DNA from: Geosiphon pyriformis uo1 | Lineage: Eukaryota; Fungi; Glomeromycota | Assembly: GCA_016748015.1 (NCBI GenBank) | Contig: JAAOMT010000098.1 | Span: 325,635-389,634 of the forward strand | Reading direction: 5' to 3' | DNA: 64,000 nt | Shown: in pieces, positions 50,216 to 61,360 of the stretch | How the letters are laid out: each line of letters starts with the position of its first letter | Position numbering within the stretch: the stretch's first letter is position 1 | Made by a program: the position numbers and the translations under genes | The notes under the pieces: model-generated | Databases searched by the model: none | What the model was told of the DNA's origin: nothing | Seen by the model: only the letters and a program-made list of their open reading frames with translations

Positions 50216-53200
50216 TTTGGTGCTCTCTGTAAGATATAATCTAACAGAGAATCAGCACCAACAACTATCTGAAACAATGGCAGAATCTGAAGAAATAGAG
50301 ACAAACCATTTGGGATTTACAAAATCTTTATTTCAACATTATTACATCCATCTTGGATTAACAAATAGTAATGGACCAACAGAATTAGCTTTTAATTATT
50401 ATGTTAACAAAAAAATTGTATACTACTTGAGAGGTTAAAAAGATCTAGAATCTGCTTTCAACAATTTCTTCAGTAAACTATTCTAAAGCACTACTCTTCT
50501 ATAAAATTATTTATTTGCACTCTTAATCACAGAAATAAACAAGAAAATTGAAAAATACACCAAGCAAAAATTTTCTATCACTTTTGCTAACAAAAGAAAA
50601 GGAAGATTACAAACACCAGCAGAAACTTCAAAGCAAATACAACTACTTACTTGAAGATTTGATTTATCTGCTAATCTATCATATTATCACACACCTAAAA
50701 GCACTATTAATATAATAGACATGTTTATAACAAGTGTAACAACACCATTAAACAGAATTCTGTTTCAAAGTAAACAGAAAAAAGCAGAATTATTAAGAAC
50801 ATATGGCAATTATTTTGAGAGATTTAAATTGCAATCTCCAATATTATCAGAAATTTGATTATTACCACTACTACTAGATTTCAGAGCCAACAGTTCTTAA
50901 GAATTAACTGACTCTGGAAAAAAAAATAGTGACCAAAAAATTAATACAAAAAACCTGATCTCAAAAAACTCAGAAATTCAAACTCTAATTGTTTCAACTC
51001 AGAAAAATCAAAATAATTTCAACCTCGACATTATTATTAGTAAAACTTACCTCCAGTAATTGTGATTGATTAACCACTAATTGAACTGATTGCTGAACCA
51101 CCCTAATAGCTGCAACCACAACCACAACAACAACTTTAACAGTCCCAACAACTGATTGCACTAATGACATATGCTTCAATTACCAAAATAGAAAAATTTA
51201 TTGGCAAAGAAAATAATACACAAATATAACTAAACAATATAAAAAAAGCCATTACAGTAAACAGATGGAATGATATTAGAGCACTATAAGCCATCTTTTT
51301 TTTTCTTCAGAATACCACTAATTCATGGTATTAAAGCTTGGAAAACAAACCCCAAGATTTTAACACATTCAAACTTGAGTTTCTCAAATATTTTAGTAAC
51401 AACAACAGTATCAACTATCTGGCAAATACTTTTATTACAATCAAACAAGAAGATGCTAAAGCAGTTACTACTTATTTGGAATGCTTCCATCAAAATTTGC
51501 ACCAGATTCAAGCAATTAATGCCAACTATTTTACAGAGCCACAAATCTTAAACTAGTTTATTTGCAGTCTATGCAGTAGCATTTTCTAATGCATATATTC
51601 ATTACATCTAGCCAATCTTTAAGCAGCAGTCACTTATGCCAGAGATTTTAAATTGGCAAAACTCAAAGCCAATTATGTCCAAGCTGTAAATCTAGTAATG
51701 AATGGATTATCTGACTTGGACTCAAAATTGAAACAGTTCAGCAACTCAATTAATCAGAAAATTAAGAAATACTTAGCTAATAACAATTAAGCAGTATATT
51801 AACTACTACAATGTTGTGACAATTCTAAAAATTAGTACCAAAATCAGTCATGTTTTACATCTTTGTTGACTCAATTATCATGGCAACAAGAGACACATAT
51901 CTGTCACAACTGTAGTAAACAAAAACATATCAAGATTGACTGCTATGTTAAAATTAATAATTAACAATTGGAAAATCAATATTAAAACCCCAATTGCCAA
52001 TTTCAAACTCTGAATTACCATTCAAATTAAGACTACTATTAACTTCATTACTCATCAATGATGCAGTAAATATACTTATTACCAATTTATTAGCTTCTAG
52101 TACCCATAATATATTAACCACAGCCACAAATTATTTATCAATCTCAACAACTTCAGACATCATCACAAATTCCAGTTGAGATAACACTCAGAAACCAAAA
52201 ACCAAGAATGACCCAAAACTGAAGATCAGTAATGATTGTTTATTAGTTAATATTAAGCTTCTCAAACCAACTATTAGGATTATGTCAGTGGAATTTAGGA
52301 ACTGAGTATGGCCAAAACCTGAATTTCTAAAACTATTTAAGTCTCTTGATTAATCCAAAAGATGTCTCACTCAACAAACCAGAATCCAACCAAAAGCAGC
52401 CACTTATTAGCAACATTCCATCAGCAACTATTATTGACAACAATTCATTAGAAGTTATTTTTTCTTTTAAACTTGAAGAACCAGCAATAATAGTCCTATT
52501 TAGTGGAGCTATTCTCAACACTAAACCAATTATTGTTATGTACACCAATGCAAAAGTCAATAACCATTCTATCAAACTGATCTTTAATAGCAGTTCAACA
52601 AGCAGTATTATCACTAAACAACTCATGGACCAATTAGGTTGTTAAATTAATTACACTACTAGTATCAAGATTATTACAACCAATGAGACAACCAAAATCC
52701 CTATTGGCAAAATTGACAACTTTTTTTTTGAAGTCAATAGTATCATTATTCTTATCAAAGTGTTAGTAATGAAAGCCATCCAATACCAAGCTGTTGTTAG
52801 TAATAACTGGCTGTCTAAAACCAATACTGTGCTCAATTAAAACACCCAAGAGCTATAACTCAGCCAAAATAGATGACATACTAAAGTACTAGTCACTTGT
52901 AATCATTTCAAGACCACCACTAGCAAAAAACCACTAATCAAGTTTGAAGAAAAAGAAAAAAAATCTACCTGGGAAATGTATTAGGTATTATGAACCAAAA
53001 AAAAACACAACAAATTACCACCAGTATCTACATGAAAAGAAAAAAAAAGGGAAAGAAAAAGAAAGAGAAGAAACCCAAACAACTATCTTTACATATACAC
53101 CATATACTACTATTATCCAACCACAACCAAACTATTGTCAACCCAAGCTAATTTGCATTAATTATGATAAGAAATTGTCCACAATGAGTGCATGTTGTGA

Positions 53201-54729
53201 TGACAATGAGGAATGGCCAATGGCCACAAAATACTACTATTGCCCATGCATTCTTGAATGCTTTAGACAACCAAAAAAGCAAGGAAAATAGAACAACAAA
53301 CCATGTTTTGCTTGTAAGAAAACTCTTTTAGACAAAAATATATGGAACAACATTTCTGGTTATAGAGAAATATGTAATGAATTATATTAGTACATGATTT
53401 TAATTAATGATTAGATAAAAAAAACACTCATAGATATTGCCTAAAAAAAAACTGTAAAATAACTAGATAATTGTCTATATGATAATAACAAAATATGGAG
53501 AATAGCAATCACCAAAATCAAAAACATGACACCAAAAGAAATTAAAATAATCAAAAACAATCTACCAGAACTGAAAGAAATCAATTGGGTCCCAAATCTA
53601 GATATTATCTTTAACATAATGGATTCTGAACAATTCCATAAACACTACCAAAAATTAGCTACTAGAAAAGAGCAAACACAATGTTTGGAAGAACTAAACA
53701 CTTGACTTTGTAACCACTGTTTAATACCATATGACTTTTAATATTGTAATAAGTGTGATTTTCTTTATAATCCACCATTATACATGATTTACACAATCTT
53801 TGAAGAGAAAAAACCAATTAACAGCTGTGCATTGGAATTAGAATTAAAGTTTAATCTCAATTCAAACTCTAACAATAATGAAAACAATAATTTCAGCTTA
53901 GTTCAAAATAGCAACAATGACCATAATTCAAATTTTAATTATAATTTAAACAATATATTGTGCTTTCTGATCTTTCGAAAAAGCAAGAGCTCAAATAGTT
54001 CAGTGGTAACAATAAAAATATTATGTCAGAATATATACATAATATCAATACAAAGTTTGATCTAAGATATTTAAGGAAAGATGCCATTAAATTGGAACCA
54101 TATTCACATACTGGCTCAACAACTTTTTTAATTGATTCAACAACAACATATGAAAATTACAATTAACCAACAAACTATTTAATATAAAGATACCAGGAAG
54201 AAACCTCAATATGAAGTGCAGAGAAAACCAGGAAACACCATCAATAAGATAATTATAAAAGTGAAATTGGCAATAAAAGAACAAACAAAAATTATATCAT
54301 ATCAAGAGTTGACAAAAAAAATGTGGAATTGATAAATACATCAATTTCCAAGAAACTTTTGTTATTTCTATTTGGGATAATATCTGAATATTCAAAACTT
54401 ATATATGGATAAAACAAAATAATTATTCAACACAACAATATTACAACAACTTGAGCAATTTGTGAAAAAGAACAATCTAACAACACAAGCACAAGCCATC
54501 TATTAATTATATGCTAAATTTTAAAACCAATCTGAAATATTATTCAATACAGTAATAGATACAGTTATCACTAATCAAATAGATAAAATGATTAATGTTC
54601 AATTTGAAGAATTACAAACCAAAATAACACAAGTAATTCTTGAAAAAAAAGTCCAAGAAATAATTAAAGAAGAAGAATTAAAAGAATTTAAAGATCTTAA
54701 CAGAGCACAATATTAAAAAGAAGAAATAA

Positions 54730-55619
54730 TATTACTCATAAAATATAAAAATCATAGTAGTATATATATTAGCCAATTAAAAGTAGATGTAATAAAATAT
54801 GGAATTTTAGGATTTCTTTTAGAGAAATTACAGAATCTTAAAAATTACAGAATTCTCATATAAAGAATTACAAAATTCCAAAATTTCAAAATTCCTTTCA
54901 AGAAATTGCAAGATTCCAGAAATTCTAGAATTCCTGGCAAGAAAAATTGAGAAATTGAGGAATTTCAAATATATATATATAACAGTAGTATTAGAAGCAG
55001 AAAAGACAGACATCTGAGTTTTTCTCCCTAATTAGCATTCATATATTTACACTATTAATAAAAATACTTGTTAATTATATCAATCTAATTGTCCACTATT
55101 AATACTTTATGTTAATAGTAACCCATACTTGACTATACTGGAACAATAGCTTTTAATCATGGCTATTAATGGGATACTAAACTAATTGTTTTGGCTTATT
55201 TTCTTTATTTTTTTTTTTTCTTTTATTTATTTTTTTATTGTTGTATATTAATTGATTAAAAATTAAGCACTGAGTTACTGATGTCAAAATATAGTATTAA
55301 TAAAAGACCCAAGAATAAGGGTAGACACTTAGATTTAAGAATAGCTTATCAGGAGATTGTTGGCCACTACACTGAGAAAAAAATTGATGGAATTGCAATT
55401 CCAGAAAGTGACAGACAACAAAACACATTAACCCAAAAGTTAATACTTAAAACATTATTTAAAAAAACCACACTTGAATCTCTGTTCATTATATAAAGGA
55501 CTCCAATCAAAATTTTTAAACAACCAGAACCTTCAAATATTTATCAATGAGATCAGCTATAATACACTAAGTTATGGGTTTGTTATTTGATTTGAGACCC
55601 CAAATAATTACCTGTAACA
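54730..55619 (+). repeat. E6 3' LTR
   Basis: Follows PPT aaaaagaagaaataa; ends TGTAACA. Confidence 0.92.
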
Positions 55620-56599
55620 ATAGTATTTGAAATCATTTGTTATTTTGCTCAGTGAGTTTTCAGGGCTGTTCATCATACTTGTTGGAAAGTTGGTCCTGGC
55701 TCTAATGTTATTTACAAAAACATAATTGGTAATATGGATTGAGTTTATACCACTTTGGTCTGACATCCTAACTTGTAAATGGCTGCTGGCTTTACTAATA
55801 AGTCTAGAGTTGGTTTGTGTTTGTATTTCATGCAAGCTTTATACTGTTATCTGCTGGTCATGGTTCATAAACATCTTTACAATAGAAGATACTCCAGTAT
55901 ATTATGTTTCTATTGTAAAGACATAAAGAGTTTAGACTATTTATTTGTGTATACATTTGATGCTGGGCTTTGTGTAGACCTGTTCAAGTCTTATCTGAGT
56001 TAGTAGAGTAATTTGTTAGGTTTGGACTTGGTTATGTTTTAAGTTTTGCAAATGCTTTTTTTGTGTGTATTTGACAATGTTATTTATATCATTTTGTATA
56101 AGGATTTTGTTTTCAAGTCTTGGTTTTTAGAGGCTTTGTCTGCTTTTGGTGGTGTTAAATCTGCTAATGAGAATATCATTAGTTTTGTTTGGGATCTGAA
56201 GGCAGCTTATTGTACTAATATATAGTTGGTTTAGACCAAATACAGAGTATTCATGAAGAAAAAAGGCTTGATTGTTTGTAATGATTTATTTTTACTCAAA
56301 GTCTGTGGTCTATTGTCTCTGTTTTTTATTGGTGTTGTTAAATTGCTTGGTATTGCAAAAACATTAGGAGTTAGCTTTGATTTTCATAGGCTTTGCTGTT
56401 TTTTTTCTGGTGTTGATAATGTTGTATTAGTTAAAATAAATTTATAGTGTTGCTTTGATTAGTTCAAGTGGCTGGTCATGTATAAAAAGTGCATAATTTG
56501 CATCTAGTTTAGATTACTCAGTTTAATGTATTATATTAGATGGCATTTGGGCCTCATTCATTAAATAATAATAATAATAATAAATGTTTAATTATTACA

Positions 56600-59000
56600 A
56601 AGTAAGAAATAAATAAATAATTAACTAAATCTTACCTAATTTTGATATCTTATACTATTGTGTTCTGAAAAATCATATCTACTACAAATGTATTTTGTAT
56701 ATGGTTTTTTTTTTCAGTAGCAAACTTATAATATTTGGTTTCTAAACATTTTTTATGTTATAATACTAATGAATTTTTAATTTGTTTAAGCTTATTTTCT
56801 TTATTAGCATTATCAACTTAATTGTTCTTTAGAACTTGGTCTTGATTTTAAAGTATAGTCACTACTTTTTTATGTTGATTAATAAATTGTCTTAATATTA
56901 TTATTATTTTACTATAATTTTTATATTTAATAATAAGCTAAGCAATTTGTTATGTGAATTTTTACATTTTATTATATTTTTGTTTTTTCTGTGCTGTAAA
57001 ACATAAAACATTAATAATAATTTTAAGTATGATTAAAAGATTTGGAATTTCTATTTTATTGAAAAAAATTTTGCAGTTTTTTGATTCATAAAACAAAAAA
57101 CTTTAGTGACTAAATTATTATTTCTTTTTTTATTAGTATACTATCACAAAAATATTATTTAAATATAAAACTCTGCAATTTTTAAATATAGCATTACTTA
57201 AAAATAATAATAATAAACAATATTATAAGATATATTAAACAAATATGAACAAAAATAAGAAACAGAATTAACAATTTTAATAAATATGAATACTACTATT
57301 TTCTGATCATAAGTCTATAATTTTTTACATTTTTTTGATGTTTTTTTATTGACTTTAACAATTATTAATTTTAATAAAATTTGTTTTATATCATACAGAT
57401 TCTCAATAAAATTATCTATTATATTAGAACTGGAATTCTAAATATCAAAATATTGTTAGATAAATAACTTGAAAAAATACACTAAAAAATAATTTTTTTT
57501 ACTTTATTATAAGTATTAATATTCAATAATAATTAATTTGTAATAAAATATAGATATTGTGTTATTTTTAAATGTTGTATAAATAAAATATAAGATGTAA
57601 AGTATTAAGTTATTTGTTTGTTAATCTCAAAAAATAAATCATAGCCAACTAATATGATTTTTATATAAGATAAAAGTATACAATATTCAAAAAAATGATT
57701 CTATTTTGTTTTACTTTTAAGTTTTGTATCTAATGTACCAACAAGATTATAAACTGTTATTTACTGAAAACATGTGTTTAATAATATTGTTAAGGCTTTT
57801 AACACAAAAAGTAGTTTAAGTTCCTGTAATAAATATTTTTAATATAAAACACAGACCTATGCTTATCAACTGAAATAAAAAGTTCTTATTAAATAATCTT
57901 TAGTATTAATATATGTTTCAGTAAGTTGTAATTATTATTTATAAAAATTTTTTTTACATAACTATTGTGACAAAAAAAAATTGTGAATAAAGCTTTCATA
58001 TTAATTGTAAAGCTTTAATTTGAGATTCTTTAATAAGTTTTCATTAATATAAAAAATACAATAAATTTGGTAGGTTGTTTTGTATACTTAAGCAACTATT
58101 GCATTTGTTGCAAAATCAACATTGATAATAAACACTAATAGTTTTGTTATTATTGCTTTTTTTGTGTATTTTAAAATCTATTTCTATAATTTAACAGTTT
58201 TATCTGATACAAAAACCTGTATAATAAGATAGAATTTTGTGTTATTGTTTATAATAAAAAAGAGAGAAAATAACATCTGATAGTGATTAGTCTTTGTTGT
58301 ATTGTTATTTAAAACAATATCATAGTACTTTAATTAAAGAACAACTTATACAGAAAACATCTAAAATATACAGATAAATCAATTTTTATCAATTTAAAAC
58401 TCTATAACTCATTTAGAATTATTTGATTTGCAATTTATAAGGATTGTTAACAAGTAAGATGTATCATGTTTTTTGTTATTATGAACTTTAAATCTTTGTA
58501 TTGTATTTGTAAAGTTATAATCGAAAATAAATATTGTTGAAAATTTTATTTTTAATAATTTTTTTAGATGATAATTGATAGATTTGCATATTCCATAAAA
58601 AATCAGATCTTTTAAAGAATGTTATCTGAAATTTTTCAATATATTAAAGCATATTTTTTAGTATTAGAATATAATAAATGATTATATGTATTATTAAAAG
58701 TAATAAGAATTATTTTGTATAAGTTTTTGGTACAGTTTATATTAACATGCCAACTATATTCTTGATATTTTGATTTAGTGTTTAATAATTTTAAATGTTG
58801 ATCTTTTTTTTGATTTATATTGGCTATTAAATTTGCATTTAAAAGTGTAATATTTAATGTTGTTGTCTAAATATTATTTTAATTTCTTTTAAATAACTCC
58901 AAATCCTTGTTGTTTACTATAAATCTTTATATATTTTAAAAGCATAATTAATATAAAGTTTTATAGTTAAATAAATATAAAAAAATTTAATGTTAAATAT
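56600..59000 (-). pseudogene. Possible highly decayed intron-containing coding relic (DNA-transposon-like?)
   Basis: Minus strand 56686-56645 reads CSRYDFSEHNSIRY, which G>A reversion turns into CX2CX4HX4C. A GGTAAG donor-like site lies just downstream. Boundaries unknown. Confidence 0.3.
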
Positions 59001-59660
59001 AATTGAAATTATAACCAAAAATTTTATTTCTATTTATAGATACTTAATTATTTAATTGTGATAAGTTTTCATTGACATAATTCTAAAATTGATTGACTAA
59101 TTCTATATTTGAAATAGGTTTTAAATTAAAATAGAAATAACTTTAATTTTTTAACACATGGTCTTTTATTAAACATATATACATATCTTTCTTTAAAGAC
59201 AAACTGGTTATTTTTTTTTATTTTATATTTATACTAAAATATTAGTCTTAATATAATATATAATATATAAAATATTATATTTAAAATTGCTAATATACTA
59301 TTAATCACAATATTAATTGATATATTTAAGTAAATATTATCTAGAATAGTTTAAAAAATCAGACTTTGCATAACTTGTTGCCTTTAATATTTTAAAATCT
59401 ATAGCTTATATCTAATACACAAATTTATATGTTTATATTATAATATATAAGTTTTTTTTTTAACTTAGGTATTATTTAAAACAAAAAAAACTTCTTGTTA
59501 TGCAAAAATAAAAGTAGTTACACCAAAAATTTTGATGTGTTTTTGTATTATAATATACAAATAGTGTATATTAAATTCAAAAACCATGTAATATGATATA
59601 TGTAATTTATTTTTAATTAATAAAAATAATTAATATTACATAATTTAAAACAGATTAAGA

Positions 59661-59723
59661 CGTCGATCACTGCGCCATATATGGCACGTGTTACACGTGC
59701 CATATATGGCGCAGTAATTGACG
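59661..59723. promoter_or_regulatory. 63-bp CpG-rich palindrome: CArG-Ebox-TTA-Ebox-CArG
   Basis: Perfect 23-bp arms 59669-59691 and 59693-59715, extending to 31 bp with 2 mismatches. CCATATATGG at 59675 and 59700; CACGTG at 59685 and 59694. The structure is certain; the regulatory function is inferred. Confidence 0.6.
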
Positions 59724-59744
59724 AAACAAATGAAGTTACGTATT

Positions 59745-61360
59745 ATAATATTAATTACATATTTTTTCGAAATTGTTATAAATCTATTAATTTTAATATT
59801 ATTAGATTTCTTAAATAAATACTATTAATATTAATTGTTTTAATATGTTTAATATTAAAAATAAGTAATTATTAATAAGGTAAATCATGATTTATATATA
59901 TATACAATTTTAATAAATAATTTAATTCTAAATAATAATTGTGTTTTTATTAAATAAAAATTTTAATTTTAAATTAAATAAATTAATAATTTAATGTTTG
60001 TTTTGTTTTTAAAATTATTATTATCATATAATTTTTTTTGGTTTTTTAAAATTTTAATATGATATTATTTGCTAACTTTTAATATTTAATTTATTATTTA
60101 TTTAAATTTATTTATAATTTAAAATTTAATTTAGTCTTAATAAATATAATAATTAATTTTTATTTATTTTATATTTTTTATTAATATTAATTTAATATTG
60201 CATATATTAATTTTTAAATTAAATTAAATATTAAAAAAAGACTATTTATAACTTATATTTAAGAATATTTTATTAAGCTTTAATAATACAATATTAAAAA
60301 TTTGAAAGTTTAGTCAATTTAGCTTTAAGATATTTTAGCTTAAATATTATAAAAACAGAAACCAAAATTTATAAACAATATATTAATAGTTTTCTTAAAA
60401 ATAATGTCTAAAATCATATTAAAATTAAAAATTACCTTTAACAAAAAGCTGTAAACTGAAAAAAAAACAGTAAATAAAAATATAATATTTAATTTAAAAA
60501 ATATTAATAAAATTTAATTAAACAAAAACTTAATATTATATTTTAAAACATTTATTTAAAATTTATTAATAAAAAAATAAATTAAAAAAAAACATTAAAC
60601 AAAATATATTATAACCAAAAATTTGGCCAAAAAAACTATTTAAATTTATAATTTACTATTAAAAATAATTATATATAAGATAAAAACATTTTTTTTAACA
60701 AAATAAGACTAATTAATTTTAAAAACATATTTTTAAAATTTATTAAAAAATTTTTTAAGAAAATTATATTTTAATTAAAAATATTCAAAATATTTATAAG
60801 TTTTATATTAAATTAAAATTAAATTTAATTTATTAAAAATTAATTTTTACTAAAAACATAAATAATATAATAAATTTAATTCAAAATTTTTTTATTCTTA
60901 AAATAAATAATTATATATTATATTTTATTAATAATAATAATATATATAATTTATAATGTAAATTTTTTTAGATTTATTTAAAAAATTATTATAAACAATA
61001 ATATACACAAACAAAATAAACAATACAATTTTAAATTTATTTTTTGTTTTTATATTGTCTAATTTTTATTAGTCTTAATTATATATATAAAATTTTTATT
61101 AATTAAAAAAATATTATAAAGCTAATAAATTAATTTAATTAAATTTAACAAATTTTATTATAGCTTTTTATTATAGTCTAATCAGTTGTTATTAATTAAT
61201 ATAATTTTATTAAATTCAAATAGAACTAAAATAATTATTTTTTTAAAAATATTTATAAAATTTTTTTTTGAAAATTATAACTTAATTTAAATATATTTTT
61301 TATTTTTTAAAATATTTATTTAAATTTTTTTATTTTTAATTAATATTAAAATTATATTTA
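59745..61360. other. ~1.6-kb extremely AT-rich tract
   Basis: Nearly all A/T, no ORFs in the track, no recognisable TE homology. Confidence 0.75.

Larger units (their letters stand above)
49337..55619 (+). mobile_element. Gypsy copy E6, internally deleted (no RT/RNaseH/IN), inserted in L3
   Basis: LTRs 49337-50215 and 54730-55619; PBS at 50218; degenerate TSD GTGG/ATAG. Gag from ~50277, PR, Cys-rich region, then the dUTPase start fused to ORF3 at ~54105. Confidence 0.92.
45311..56584 (+). mobile_element. LINE L3 (family B), RT deleted, interrupted by E6, (TAA)n tail
   Basis: ORF1 ~45405-47204; ORF2 from 47201 (MSNLVWKIATCNV); jump from RT start to RNase H near 48940; resumes at 55624; ends 56447 followed by 3' UTR and taataataataa. 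Confidence 0.9.

Noticed and set aside
54801-54965. Heat-shock elements in the U3 array
   Set aside because: The TTCnnGAA matches appear to be by-products of mutated GGAATTCC(A/T) 9-mers, not 5-bp nGAAn periodicity.
55281-55496. ORFs within LTRs (also 49405-49623, 20486-20743)
   Set aside because: The frame is not preserved among LTR copies.
59661-59740. Palindrome as a Helitron 3' hairpin
   Set aside because: It is much longer than typical, and no CTRR terminus lies nearby on either strand.
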